DNA of 64,000 nucleotides from an uncultured Actinomycetes bacterium (lineage in GTDB: Bacteria; Actinomycetota; Thermoleophilia; RBG-16-64-13), in contig CAVPLM010000005.1 of NCBI GenBank assembly GCA_963706025.1, positions 256,001 to 320,000 on the forward strand. The letters run 5' to 3'. Made by a program: the position numbers and the translations under genes. Under the pieces are notes generated by a model. It saw only the letters and a program-made list of their open reading frames with translations. It ran no database searches and was not told where the DNA came from. Positions 20,567 through 31,002 of the stretch are shown piece by piece; within the stretch, counting starts at the first letter, position 1; the number at the start of each line of letters is the position of its first letter.

Positions 20567-21700
20567 ATGGTGGAAAAGGACAAGGCCCTGGAGATGGCCG
20601 TTCTGCAGATCGAACGCCAATACGGCAAAGGCTCCATCATGCGACTGGGGGATGAGTCGGCGGCTCTCAAGGTTCCGGCGATCTCCACCGGGTCGTTGGG
20701 GCTCGATCTCGCCCTGGGTGTAGGCGGGGTGCCCCGGGGCAGGGTGGTGGAGGTCTTCGGGCCGGAATCGAGCGGCAAGACCACGCTTGCGTTGCACATG
20801 ATCGCAGAGGCGCAAAAGGCGGGGGGTAGGGCGGCGTTCATCGACGCCGAGCACGCCATGGATTCCGCTTATTCCCGGCGTATCGGGGTGAACATCGACG
20901 AACTCCTGGTGTCGCAGCCCGACAGCGGCGAGCAGGCACTGGAGATAACCGAGCTCCTCATCCGCAGCGGCGCCCTGGACATAGTGGTCATCGACTCCGT
21001 GGCCGCCCTCACGCCTCGGGCCGAGCTCGAGGGCGAGATGGGCGATTCCCACGTCGGCCTACAGGCGCGTTTGATGAGCCAGGCTCTGCGGAAACTGGCC
21101 GGTACCATCAGTAAGACCCAGACTACCGCGGTCTTCATCAATCAGTTGCGGGAGAAGGTCGGGGTCATGTTCGGCAATCCCGAGGTCACTCCGGGAGGCC
21201 GGGCCCTCAAGTTCTACGCTTCGGTGCGTCTCGATATCCGCCGTATCGAGACTCTGAAAGAGGGCACCGAAGCCGTAGGCAACCGGGTGCGGGTAAGAGT
21301 GGTCAAGAACAAGGTCGCTCCCCCGTTCAAGGAAGCGGAGTTCGACATCATGTACGGCCTGGGCATCTCCACGGAGGGTGACGTGCTCGATCTGGCGGTC
21401 GACAACAAGATCGTGCAGAAGAGCGGGGCCTGGTTCTCCTACGGCGACCAGCGTCTGGGACAAGGCCGGGAGAATGTCCGTCAGTTCCTGCGCGACAATC
21501 CGGAGTTGGTGCAGCACCTGCGGCGTGAGGTCGTGCAGGCGGTGAACCCCGAGTGGAACGTCGTGGGAGCTGCCGGGGGCGACGCCGGCGCTGCCGCGGT
21601 CGCCGCCGGAGCGTCTGCCGCCAGCGGCCCGGGCGCGGCCGCGGATCCGGGCGCGGTTCCGACCGGGGGCGGCTCGGCCGGGGACGACGCCACCGACTAG
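20567..21700 (+). CDS. recA: Recombinase A
   Basis: [31 protein letters not shown]; RBS AGGAGG. Confidence 0.99.
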   Translation: MVEKDKALEMAVLQIERQYGKGSIMRLGDESAALKVPAISTGSLGLDLALGVGGVPRGRVVEVFGPESSGKTTLALHMIAEAQKAGGRAAFIDAEHAMDSAYSRRIGVNIDELLVSQPDSGEQALEITELLIRSGALDIVVIDSVAALTPRAELEGEMGDSHVGLQARLMSQALRKLAGTISKTQTTAVFINQLREKVGVMFGNPEVTPGGRALKFYASVRLDIRRIETLKEGTEAVGNRVRVRVVKNKVAPPFKEAEFDIMYGLGISTEGDVLDLAVDNKIVQKSGAWFSYGDQRLGQGRENVRQFLRDNPELVQHLRREVVQAVNPEWNVVGAAGGDAGAAAVAAGASAASGPGAAADPGAVPTGGGSAGDDATD

Positions 21701-21713
21701 GACTCAGGTCGCA

Positions 21714-22415
21714 ATGCGGACCCGGGGCCGAAAGCAGCCGGCGCCGCAGGGGGATGGCCTCATCACGTCACTCTCTGTCAGCCGGGGCCGGGCCGACCGG
21801 ACCGTAGTGAGCCTGGACGGTGTCTCGGAGGTCGAGCTGGCCAGCGTCCTAGTGGAAAGGGCCGGCCTCCGTACGGGCGCCCTCCTCACCGAGGAGACAC
21901 GGGAGCGACTGCTTCGCGAGGACGAACCCTATCGAGCCCGCTCGCGGGCGCTCCACATACTCGCGCTGAGGGATCGTTCGCGGCGGGAGGTGGAGACGCG
22001 TCTGAGGGATCTCGGCTTCAGTCAGGAGACCGTCGCGGACACCAGTGCCTGGCTTGGATCGCTCGGATACCTGGACGACGGTCGATTCGCGGAACGATAT
22101 GCCGCGGAGAAGCTGAGGGCGGGATGGGGCCCGAGGAGGATCTCCGCTGAGCTACTGCGCAAAGAAGTCGGTCGGTCCTTGGTCGAGGATGCGCTCGCCG
22201 TTGAAGGCTCCAACGCTGAAGCTGTCGTTGAGGGTACTGAGGCCCTCATGCTGTTGGTTCGCAAACGTTTCGGGTCGCAGTTCGCGATCGACCCCGACGG
22301 CGCCGCACGCAGGATGACGGGATACCTCGCTCGTCGGGGGTACGACTGGGAGACCATCGGCCAAGTGGCCCGGAAGCTGCGCGCGGAAGCCGGCGGTGAA
22401 GGCGTGTTTCCTTGA
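21714..22415 (+). CDS. recX: Regulatory protein RecX
   Basis: RDRSRREV, GYLDDGRFA, GPRRI..EL, YLARRGY; follows recA. Confidence 0.92.
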   Translation: MRTRGRKQPAPQGDGLITSLSVSRGRADRTVVSLDGVSEVELASVLVERAGLRTGALLTEETRERLLREDEPYRARSRALHILALRDRSRREVETRLRDLGFSQETVADTSAWLGSLGYLDDGRFAERYAAEKLRAGWGPRRISAELLRKEVGRSLVEDALAVEGSNAEAVVEGTEALMLLVRKRFGSQFAIDPDGAARRMTGYLARRGYDWETIGQVARKLRAEAGGEGVFP

Positions 22416-22441
22416 CAGTCTCCTTACAGCAACGGTAAACT
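22412..22441 (+). promoter_or_regulatory. Sigma70/SigA-type promoter upstream of rny leader
   Basis: TTGACA (22412-22417), 18 nt spacer, TAAACT (22436-22441). Confidence 0.7.
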
Positions 22442-22447
22442 CCAAAG

Positions 22448-22712
22448 ACGTGTGATGATCGGTCGACACGGTGTTGCGCGACCTTGCTTTTGACCGTAGA
22501 TGGCATTGTAAGTCGGCGTATCTGGCGTTGGAATGCGAGAGCCGAAGACTTAAGACGTAGAAGATTGATGAATGCGGCCGGCCGCCGCTCATTTAGTGGT
22601 GTGTGCCGGCACGATGTGCTCCTTTTGAGGGCAAGGTGTAGCAAGGTATTCGTCGGCCGGGCATAGGCTCGGCCTTTCTCTGCTTCTCGGCCATCGACCG
22701 ACCGTCACATCC
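22448..22712 (+). ncRNA. Candidate structured RNA or long structured 5' leader of rny (family unassigned)
   Basis: 16/17-pair closing helix 22450-22466/22694-22710 starting at the predicted TSS; inner helix 22473-22493/22625-22642; hairpins 22509-22552 and 22655-22674. Confidence 0.5.
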
Positions 22713-22760
22713 CTGACCGGACAAGGCCGCGGTGACGCGCCAGTGGGGAATGGTGAAGAG

Positions 22761-24299
22761 ATGACCGTCGTATGGATCGTGATCGTGTTGGTGGTTGCTG
22801 CTGTATGCGCCGGGGCCGGTTATTTCGCCCGGAGACACCTCGGGGAGGCGAAGATCGCTTCCGCGGAGAAAGCAGCGGAGCAGATCGTGGCGGATGCCGA
22901 GCGGAAGGCCGAGACTCTGCAACGCGAGGCGCGGGTGGAGTTGAAGGACGAGCTTCATCAGCTCCGCACCCAGGTGGAGACCGAAACCAGGGAACGACGC
23001 CAAGAGGTGACGCAACTGGAGAACCGCCTGCTCAGCCGGGAGGAGGCTCTAGATGAAGTCCAGAAGGACCTGACCCGGCGGGAGCAATCGATCACCGACC
23101 GCGAGGCACACTATCGCAAGGTGATCGAAGAGGCGGAAGCGACGCGGGCGGAGCAGGAGCGCCAACTGGAAGAGATCTCCGGGCTGACCAGGGACCAGGC
23201 TGCCGAACTGATAATTAAGCGCACGGAGGACGAGGTCAGGCACGACATGGCCAAGATGGTCAGGGCCATCGAGGAAGAGGCTCGACACGAAGGAGACCGC
23301 CGGGCCAAGGACATCCTGTCCACATGTATACAACGGACGGCTTCCAGCCATGTGGCCGACAGCACCGTGTCGGTGGTGGCCCTTCCCACCGACGACATGA
23401 AGGGGCGGATCATTGGTCGCGAAGGCCGGAACATCCGCACCCTCGAGAATCTCACCGGCATCGATTTCATCATCGACGACACTCCGGAAGCGGTCGTGCT
23501 CTCCGGCTTCGACACCGTCCGCAGGGAGATAGCCCGGCTTACGCTGTCCAAGCTGGTCGCCGACGGCCGCATACATCCGGCCAAGATCGAGGAGATGTAC
23601 TCTAAAGCTCGAGAAGAGGTTGATAGAGAGATCCAGGACGCGGGGGAGCAGGCGGTGCTGGACGCGAACGTGCACGGGGTGGCTCCCGAGTTGCTCCGGC
23701 TGCTCGGCCGTCTGAAGTTCCGGACCAGCTACGGACAGAACGTGCTCGTGCATTCCTTGGAAGTCGCACACCTCGCCGGACTCATGGCCAGCGAGCTCGG
23801 CGTCAACGCGAAGCTGGCGAAGCGAGCCGGTCTACTCCACGACCTGGGCAAGGCTGTGGACCATGAGGTCGAAGGATCGCACGCCATGATCGGGGGGAAC
23901 CTGGCCCGTCGCTACGGAGAATCCGAAGCCGTCGCCCACGTGATCGAGGCTCATCACAACGAACCCGAACCTACGACGGTGGAGGCGGTACTGGTCGCGG
24001 CCAGCGACGCCGTCAGCGGAGCCCGCCCGGGGGCTCGCCGGGAGACGCTCGAGACCTACATCCAGCGGCTCGAGTCACTGGAGCGCATCGCAGAGAGCAA
24101 GCCCGGGGTGGAGAAGTGCTACGCCATCCAGGCGGGGCGGGAGATCAGAGTGCTGGTCAAGCCGGAGGAAGTGAACGACCAGGATGCTGCTCTTCTGTGC
24201 CGTGAGATCGCGAAAGAGATCGAGCAGGAGCTCGACTACCCGGGGACGATCCGCGTCACGGTCATCCGGGAGAGCCGAGCCGTGGAGATCGCCAAGTAG
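22761..24299 (+). CDS. rny: Ribonuclease Y
   Basis: N-terminal TM, coiled coil, KH ([14 protein letters not shown]), HD (LLHDLGK), RPGARRE. Confidence 0.98.
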   Translation: MTVVWIVIVLVVAAVCAGAGYFARRHLGEAKIASAEKAAEQIVADAERKAETLQREARVELKDELHQLRTQVETETRERRQEVTQLENRLLSREEALDEVQKDLTRREQSITDREAHYRKVIEEAEATRAEQERQLEEISGLTRDQAAELIIKRTEDEVRHDMAKMVRAIEEEARHEGDRRAKDILSTCIQRTASSHVADSTVSVVALPTDDMKGRIIGREGRNIRTLENLTGIDFIIDDTPEAVVLSGFDTVRREIARLTLSKLVADGRIHPAKIEEMYSKAREEVDREIQDAGEQAVLDANVHGVAPELLRLLGRLKFRTSYGQNVLVHSLEVAHLAGLMASELGVNAKLAKRAGLLHDLGKAVDHEVEGSHAMIGGNLARRYGESEAVAHVIEAHHNEPEPTTVEAVLVAASDAVSGARPGARRETLETYIQRLESLERIAESKPGVEKCYAIQAGREIRVLVKPEEVNDQDAALLCREIAKEIEQELDYPGTIRVTVIRESRAVEIAK

Positions 24300-24436
24300 G
24301 CGATTCGCCACGGCGATCAGGCGAGAGTCTCGCGCGATGCCGTGCCCGTCGCGGCGCGGGACGCCGGGCGTGGTCTTGGTCGCGGTCCCATGCGCGGCTC
24401 GGCCCGTAGCCATCCGATGACTCTGGAGGCCGGTTC

Positions 24437-25768
24437 GTGATTCGCGGGGAGCCAAGGACGTACTATCTGCGCTCTTTCGGGTGCCAGATGAACGATCACG
24501 ATTCCGAGAGGATCGCCGGTTTGCTCGAGCAGATGGGACTGGAGCCCCGGGCCTCTCCCGAGGACGCGGGCGTGCTGGTGTTCAACACGTGTTCCATCCG
24601 TGAGAAGGCCGACACCCGATTGGCCGGCCACCTGGGTACTGCGGCTCGCCTCAAGCGGCAGGATCCGGCCAAGGTAGTGGTGGTGGCCGGATGTCTGGCC
24701 CAGAGCCGGAAAGAGGAGTTCTTCTCCGACTTCCCTTTCGTGGACGTTCTGGTCGGGCCTCAGAGCCTGCACGAGCTGCCCCTGTTGCTGGAGCGCCGCC
24801 GGACCGGCGACCGGCAGGTGGGGGCATTCCAGGAGGCGACTGTCGGGTGGAGCGCGGATCTTCCCCGATCCCGGGTGTCGGGACCGGGGGCCTGGGTCCA
24901 GATCGTTGCCGGGTGCAGCAACTTCTGCTCCTACTGCATCGTGCCGTACGTGCGGGGGTCGGAGGCCTCTCGGCCCGCTGCCGACATCTTGGCAGAAGTG
25001 GCGCGCTTGGCAGCCGAAGGCGTGCGTCAAGTGACCTTCCTGGGGCAGAACGTCAACGCCTACGGTAAGGAGCCGGGATTCCCCGGCCGGGAGACATTCG
25101 CCGATCTCCTGGAAGAAGCCTGCTCCGTTCGGGGCATCGAGCGGATCCGTTTCATGACTTCGCACCCCAAGGACATGTCTCAAGCGTTGATCGACGTGAT
25201 GGCCCGGGAGAATCAGGTATGCGAGCATCTGCATCTGCCGGTGCAGTCAGGCAGCGACCGTATCCTGGCCGCGATGCGCCGGGGCTACGACCGTGGGGGG
25301 TATCTGGACCTCGTGCGGCGACTTCGGGACGCTGTGCCCGGACTGGCCTTGACCACCGACCTCATCGTCGGTTTTCCGGGCGAGACGGAGGGAGACTTCG
25401 AGGAGACCCTGTCTTTGGTGCAGGAGTGTGGCTTCGACGGGGCTTTCACGTTCGTCTACTCAGCCCGCAGGCAGACCGAGGCGGCGCGCCTGCCGGAGCG
25501 GGTGGCGCCCGACGTCGCCGAACGGCGCATGAGGCGGCTGGTGGACCTGGTCCAGAGACTGGGGCGTGAGCGGAACCAAGCTCAGATAGGCCGGACGGTG
25601 GAGGTGATGGTGGAGCGGGCCAGCCGCCAGCATGCGGGAGAGGTGATGGGACGGACGCGCGGCCACAAGCCGGTCAACTTCCCCTCGCAGGCTGCGCCCG
25701 GCGACCTGGTGATGGTGGAACTGCTCGAGGCGACGTCCACCAGCTTCCGCGGGCGAGCAGCGCGGTGA
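24437..25768 (+). CDS. miaB: tRNA-2-methylthio-N6-dimethylallyladenosine synthase
   Basis: FGCQMN..DSE, NTCSIREKA, CSNFCSYC, HLPVQSGS, TRAM. Confidence 0.97.
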   Translation: MIRGEPRTYYLRSFGCQMNDHDSERIAGLLEQMGLEPRASPEDAGVLVFNTCSIREKADTRLAGHLGTAARLKRQDPAKVVVVAGCLAQSRKEEFFSDFPFVDVLVGPQSLHELPLLLERRRTGDRQVGAFQEATVGWSADLPRSRVSGPGAWVQIVAGCSNFCSYCIVPYVRGSEASRPAADILAEVARLAAEGVRQVTFLGQNVNAYGKEPGFPGRETFADLLEEACSVRGIERIRFMTSHPKDMSQALIDVMARENQVCEHLHLPVQSGSDRILAAMRRGYDRGGYLDLVRRLRDAVPGLALTTDLIVGFPGETEGDFEETLSLVQECGFDGAFTFVYSARRQTEAARLPERVAPDVAERRMRRLVDLVQRLGRERNQAQIGRTVEVMVERASRQHAGEVMGRTRGHKPVNFPSQAAPGDLVMVELLEATSTSFRGRAAR

Positions 25769-25836
25769 GTGACGACGGCGTGGGGGGCTGCGGTGGCGTG
25801 AGTGGCGCCGGCGGGTCGGGGGGCGAGGAAGTGGAG

Positions 25837-26966
25837 ATGGCTCGTATGGTCATAGGTATGCTGGGGCCCACGGGCGTCGGCAAGACCGCGGTGGCCGTGG
25901 AGCTGGCGCGGCGGCTGAGCGAGTCGTGGCCGCCGCCCGCCGCTGTGGCGACGGTCCGCGGCGCCCCCCCTGCGGAGATCCCGGACGCCGCCCTGGCGAG
26001 ACCCCGGAGGCCCGCCCTGGGGACGGGGCGGTAGTTGGTCGCGGGCGCGTGATCTCGTGCGACTCGATGCAGGTTTACCGGGGGTTCCCGGTCCTGACGA
26101 ACCAGCCGGTGGTCGCTGAGAGGGAAGCTGTCTCGCACGCGGTGGTAGGGTTCGTCGAACCGGAGGGGGAGTTCTCGGTTGCTCAGTACGCGGCGCTCGC
26201 CCGACCCCTGGTGGAGGCAGATCTGTCTGCGCGAGGATGGGCCCTGGTGGTCGGGGGCACGGGGTTATACATGCGGGCGGCGCTGGCGCCGCTGGCTGTG
26301 GCTCCGGGGGGCGACCCTGAACTGCGCGCGCGGCTGGAAGCGCGCGCGACCGCCGAAGGCCTCGATGTCCTCTACGAGGAACTCGCCCGCCTCGATCCGG
26401 AGGCCGCCGGGAAGATCGACCCCCGAAACCGCCGCCGGGTGATACGGGCGCTCGAAGCGATCAGCGTGACGGGCCGGCGGTGGTCGGGGCGCGACGACCT
26501 GTGGACGCCGGCCTACTACCATCCCACCTTGCTGATCGGACTGGTGGCGGAGCGAAAGGAGCTCTACCGCCGCATCGATCTCCGAGCCGGGCAGATGATG
26601 CAGCAGGGGGCGGTGGAGGAGGTCCGGCACTTTCGGCAGGTGCGGGGGCTCGAAGAGACCCGGCCGGGTGGCGCCGGCATCCGCAGCGCCATCGGGTACT
26701 CGGAGATCTGCCGACTGCTGGACGGGGAGCAGACTCTGGAGGAGACCGTGACTCAGGTCGCGGCGGCGACGCGGCGGTACGCGCGTCGCCAGCTCACCTG
26801 GCTGCGGAAGCTTGGGGACGCTGTTATCATTGACGTCCAGGACCGGAACCCCGGTGAGGTGGCGCAGGAGATCCTGACACTTGGCCGGTCGGGCGACCAC
26901 ACGAGGGCGACCGCACGAGGGAGTCTCATCACTCATGAAGCTGGCGAAGTGGCAGGGGCTGGGTAA
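25837..26966 (+). CDS. miaA: tRNA dimethylallyltransferase, split across two frames (shift near C7 tract 25964-25970)
   Basis: GPTGVGKT P-loop in one frame; ISCDSMQVY, VGGTGLY, RRVIRALE, TRRYARRQLTW in the -1 frame. Confidence 0.9.
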
Positions 26967-28041
26967 CGACTATCTCATCGTCGAAGAGTCGGCCCTTCCC
27001 GGACGCCTCACGACCGAGATCATCGGCCTGATTTGTGACCGCCATCTGGGGGTAGGGGCCGACGGCATCCTGCTCCACGGACGGCCGACGGGGGCGGTTC
27101 CCGGGGCCGTCGCCCAGATGCGGGTGTTCAATCCCGACGGAGGCGAGCCGGAGATGTGCGGCAACGGGATCCGCATCTTCGCCCGGTACCTGACCGCCTC
27201 CGGCGCGGTGGTCGAGCCCGAGTTCATCGTGGAGACTCTGGCGGGAGCGATCAAACCCCGACTCCTGAGCGACGGTGCGGTACGAGTCGACATGGGCCGC
27301 GCTCGTTTTCGGGGCGCCAACATCGCCCCGGCTTTGGGAGCCGCTCTGCCCGCCGCCGGCGACGTGGTCGATGCCGTTCTGACCGCTGAGGGCCGGGACT
27401 ATCGGTTCACCTTCGTCGATGTGGGTAACCCGCACTGCGTCATCCTGGTGGACGACCCCGCGAGCTTCGACGTGGGCGGCGTCGGCTCTGCGATCGAGCG
27501 GCATCCCGTGTTCCCCAACCGGGTGAACGTGGAATTCATTCACGTGGAGCCGGACGGTTCCGTGCGCATGCGGGTCTGGGAGCGAGGCGTGGGGGAGACC
27601 CAAGCCTGCGGGACGGGCGCGACCGCGGTCGGAGCCGCATGCGTGCGCCTGGGGTTGGCCGCGAGCCCGGTGCTGGTGCACCTGTTGGGTGGCGATCTAG
27701 TCATCGAGGTGGGTCCAGCGGGCGGCGACTGCAGCGCCGGGTACGGCAGCGCCGCCCCAGATGGCGGCGACACCGCGCGCGGGAACGGCGCCGACGGCGA
27801 CGCCGGCGAGGGCAAGATCGACCCAGACGTCGGCGAGGCGGGCGCCGGGTGGCGGGTCTTCATGACCGGCGCCGCGGAGGAGGTCTTCACCTGCGCTCTC
27901 TCCGCCGAGTTGCTGTGCCGCCTGGGCTGGCCGGTCGGTGCCGTTTCGAGCACCAGCGGCATGGTCCTCGCCCACGCCGACGCCACCGATACGAGCACCA
28001 CCCACCCGGACACCATCGACAAGGGGATCACCGACAACTGA
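26935..28041 (+). CDS. dapF: Diaminopimelate epimerase
   Basis: GLGNDY, EMCGNG, VGNPH, WERGVGETQACGTG. Confidence 0.96.
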   Translation: MKLAKWQGLGNDYLIVEESALPGRLTTEIIGLICDRHLGVGADGILLHGRPTGAVPGAVAQMRVFNPDGGEPEMCGNGIRIFARYLTASGAVVEPEFIVETLAGAIKPRLLSDGAVRVDMGRARFRGANIAPALGAALPAAGDVVDAVLTAEGRDYRFTFVDVGNPHCVILVDDPASFDVGGVGSAIERHPVFPNRVNVEFIHVEPDGSVRMRVWERGVGETQACGTGATAVGAACVRLGLAASPVLVHLLGGDLVIEVGPAGGDCSAGYGSAAPDGGDTARGNGADGDAGEGKIDPDVGEAGAGWRVFMTGAAEEVFTCALSAELLCRLGWPVGAVSSTSGMVLAHADATDTSTTHPDTIDKGITDN

Positions 28042-28058
28042 CGGACGAGGAGGCAGAC

Positions 28059-29222
28059 GTGCGATTCTCGCGGCGGATGGACAACCTGGCCCCTTATCTC
28101 TTTGCGGAGATGGAGCGCAAGATCGCCGAGAAGCGCCAGAGCGGGGTGGACGTCATCAGCCTGGGCATCGGCGATCCCGATCTGCCCACCCCGGCCTTCA
28201 TCGTGGAAGAGATGCAGCGCCAGGTGGCCGACCCCCGCAATCACCGCTACCCCAGCAACCGGGGCCTCCCGGAGTTCGGCGAGGCGGTAGCCTCCTTCTA
28301 CAAGCGTCGCTTCGGCGTGGAACTCGATCCCGCGAAGGAGTTCTTCCCCCTGCTGGGCGCCAAGGAGGGTCTGGCTCACATATGCTGGGCCCTGCTGGAT
28401 GCGGACGATCTATCTCTGGTCCCCGACCCGGGCTATCCAGTGTATGCCGGCGGCTCCACCATGGTGGGCGCGAAGGTCCGCTATCTGCGTCTGCGTCCCG
28501 AGAAGGGCTTCCTCCCCGATCTTGACGAGATCAGCGAAGAGGAGGCCCGGAAGGCCAAGGTGCTCTTTATCGGCTATCCCAACAACCCCACCGCCGCGGT
28601 GGTTGAGGACGGCTTCTTCGAGCGGGTGGTGGCCTTCGCGAAGAGATACGACGTCGCGGTGGTGCACGACAACGCTTACTCCGAACTGACCTACGACGGC
28701 TACGTGGCTCCCAGCTTCCTCAGCGTGCCCGGTGCCAAAGACGTGGGGGTGGAGCTGTTCAGTTTCTCCAAGCCCTTCAACATGACCGGCTGGCGCATCG
28801 GTTTCGCCGTCGGCAACCCGGACATCCTCGCGCACCTCTGGCGTCTCAAGACCAACATGGACTCCGGTGTCTTCGACGCTCTTCAACGCACTGCTGCCTT
28901 CATACTGAACGGCCCGTGGGATTTCGTCCACGACATGTGCGAAGTCTATCGCCGGCGCCGCGATCTTCTGGCCGAAGCTCTGGTTTCGGTGGGGATGGAA
29001 GTGCCCAAGCCCAAAGGGACCATCTACATGTGGATCCCGGTGCCTTCCGGCTACACCTCGGCCGGCTTCAGCGAGCACGTCCTGGAGCAGGCTGGCGTGG
29101 TCGTCACCCCCGGTTCGGGCTACGGCCCGGCGGGGGAGGGTTTCGTAAGGCTGTCGCTCACCACTCCTGACGACCGCATCGCCGAGGCCGTGGACCGCAT
29201 CGAGCGGTCGCTGCGGCTGTAG
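28059..29222 (+). CDS. dapL: LL-diaminopimelate aminotransferase (class I/II PLP aminotransferase)
   Basis: PYLFA..ISLGIGDPDLPTP, YPNNPT, HDNAYSE, SFSK..NMTGWRIG; adjacent to dapF; RBS GAGGAGG. Confidence 0.85.
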   Translation: MRFSRRMDNLAPYLFAEMERKIAEKRQSGVDVISLGIGDPDLPTPAFIVEEMQRQVADPRNHRYPSNRGLPEFGEAVASFYKRRFGVELDPAKEFFPLLGAKEGLAHICWALLDADDLSLVPDPGYPVYAGGSTMVGAKVRYLRLRPEKGFLPDLDEISEEEARKAKVLFIGYPNNPTAAVVEDGFFERVVAFAKRYDVAVVHDNAYSELTYDGYVAPSFLSVPGAKDVGVELFSFSKPFNMTGWRIGFAVGNPDILAHLWRLKTNMDSGVFDALQRTAAFILNGPWDFVHDMCEVYRRRRDLLAEALVSVGMEVPKPKGTIYMWIPVPSGYTSAGFSEHVLEQAGVVVTPGSGYGPAGEGFVRLSLTTPDDRIAEAVDRIERSLRL

Positions 29223-29273
29223 GCGCCATGACGCCGATTCTCGGCCGACCCGTCCAGCGCGGATGACGTACCC

Positions 29274-29702
29274 GTGGAACTAGCGGTCAAGTTCCTCCAC
29301 CCGGCGGCGAAGCTTCCTCAGCGGGTGCATCCCGGAGACGCCGGCGCCGACCTGTTCTCTGTGGAGGAGGTCACCATCCCCGCCGGCGAGCGCCGGGACG
29401 TGGGCACCGGCCTGGCGTTGGCCATACCCTCCGGCTACGCCGGTTTCGTCCAGCCTCGCTCGGGCCTCGCCTTCAGACACGGGATCATGGTGGTCAACTC
29501 GCCCGGCCTGATCGACGCCGGCTATCGGGGGGAAGTACGGGTCTCGCTCTACAACTCGGGCAAGGAGCCGTTCGTCGTCCGCGTAGGGGAGAGGATCGCC
29601 CAACTGGTCGTGCATAGGGTGGAGGAAGCCGCGTTCGTGGCCGCGGCTGAGCTACCCGAGACGGTCAGGGGCGAAGGAGGCTTCGGCAGCAGCGGGCGGT
29701 GA
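29274..29702 (+). CDS. dut: dUTP diphosphatase
   Basis: DAGADL, PRSGLA, GLIDAGYRGE, RGEGGFGSSG. Confidence 0.97.
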   Translation: MELAVKFLHPAAKLPQRVHPGDAGADLFSVEEVTIPAGERRDVGTGLALAIPSGYAGFVQPRSGLAFRHGIMVVNSPGLIDAGYRGEVRVSLYNSGKEPFVVRVGERIAQLVVHRVEEAAFVAAAELPETVRGEGGFGSSGR

Positions 29703-29722
29703 GGATCCGCCGGTTGGGACCG

Positions 29723-29750
29723 GGCGCGCCCGCCGTGCGGCGGGCGCGCC
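29723..29750. terminator. GC hairpin between convergent dut and pilin operon
   Basis: Perfect 12-bp stem GGCGCGCCCGCC-GTGC-GGCGGGCGCGCC; no U-tract. Confidence 0.65.
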
Positions 29751-29756
29751 GTAGAT

Positions 29757-30977
29757 CTACGGGCCGGCCACCGTGGTCTCAGTACGGGGCAGCGTGTACT
29801 CCTCCCAGGTGTTGGGAACGATGTTCACACTGATCACGTACTGGCCGTTGATGTTGGTGATGCACCTGGCGTTGTAGTTGATCTCGCCACTCGAGCCGTT
29901 GCCTTTGTTGGACAGTTGGCCCTCGGTGTACATGGCCCCGTGGATGCCGCAGGTGCCCCGCAACATGCTGTCGCCGATGGTGACCAAGATACCGTAGAAG
30001 TCGGCCGTGCCCCTCATGTCCCAGGTGTTCTCCGAGCCGTCCGGCGTGTCGATCACGACCACAACAGGTTCGTCCACCGAACCGATCTGGCTGTTCCCCG
30101 AGATAGTGACCGCGCTGTCGCTCCTGATGTAGACCACCTTGCCCCCCGCTTCGCCGGAGGTCAGGAAGTCGCTGGCCTCGGAATCACTGGTGAAATACGT
30201 GCCTTGGCCGACCGCGATGCCCTCCAGTGCGCGCCGAAGGGCCTCGTTCACGATGCTGTCGAACGTCACGGGGGTGGAGACTTGCTGCACAACGCTCGGG
30301 TCGTAATCTAGCCCCTTGCCCTGGGCGTCGTGAACATCGAAGAGCGCGGGCGGCGTGCCCTCCTCGAGGACTATTTCAAGTCCCTGGCCGTTGCTGTCGA
30401 CCACGTTCGCGTAGAGCGCGAGCGTGGCCGGGAAAGTGAGGTCCCATTTCTGCCGCTGGGCGAGGATGAGGATGCGATGGCGATCGTCGTCCACGTTGGC
30501 GGCGGAGTCGACGAACATCATGCCGTCGCCATTTGAATCCCAACGCGGGGCGTCGGGATCGGCGACGGTGGTCGTCAGGCCGGTCGCAGAGTCGACGTTG
30601 TCATACATCGTGACCTGGATGAACTCACTGGGGTCGGATCGACTTGGATCCCACAGGCCTGTCGTGTTCTGCTGGATGGCCGTCTTGAGCAGGTCGTTGT
30701 CGACCGTCGCCACGTCGGTGGAGCGGGCCGGCCAGGCCAGTTTCAGACTCAGCATACCCGCGTCTACGCCGGCCTCGGTCACGTTGAACGCCTTGACGTC
30801 GGTGCGCTCCAATTCGGTGGAGTTCGTCTGCGAGGAAACCAGCCAATACAGAGCCACCCCAAGGATGATGAAGATCATAACAAACACCATGGCGATGACG
30901 ATCACCGAGCCCTCCTGCCTGGAAAGGCAGAGGGGGCGATCGCCCCGACTTCTTGTTTGCTTCTTCGACGCAATCAT
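29757..30977 (-). CDS. PilX/GspK-like minor pilin (set A) with C-terminal beta-rich domain
   Basis: Basic leader ...RQEG|SVIVIAMVF hydrophobic helix without Glu5; TEAGVDAG; C-term FYGILVTIG..GIHGAMY; RBS GAGGAG. Confidence 0.75.
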   Translation of the reverse strand: MIASKKQTRSRGDRPLCLSRQEGSVIVIAMVFVMIFIILGVALYWLVSSQTNSTELERTDVKAFNVTEAGVDAGMLSLKLAWPARSTDVATVDNDLLKTAIQQNTTGLWDPSRSDPSEFIQVTMYDNVDSATGLTTTVADPDAPRWDSNGDGMMFVDSAANVDDDRHRILILAQRQKWDLTFPATLALYANVVDSNGQGLEIVLEEGTPPALFDVHDAQGKGLDYDPSVVQQVSTPVTFDSIVNEALRRALEGIAVGQGTYFTSDSEASDFLTSGEAGGKVVYIRSDSAVTISGNSQIGSVDEPVVVVIDTPDGSENTWDMRGTADFYGILVTIGDSMLRGTCGIHGAMYTEGQLSNKGNGSSGEINYNARCITNINGQYVISVNIVPNTWEEYTLPRTETTVAGP

Positions 30978-31002
30978 GATCGTATGCTCCTCTTGCGCAG
31001 CG

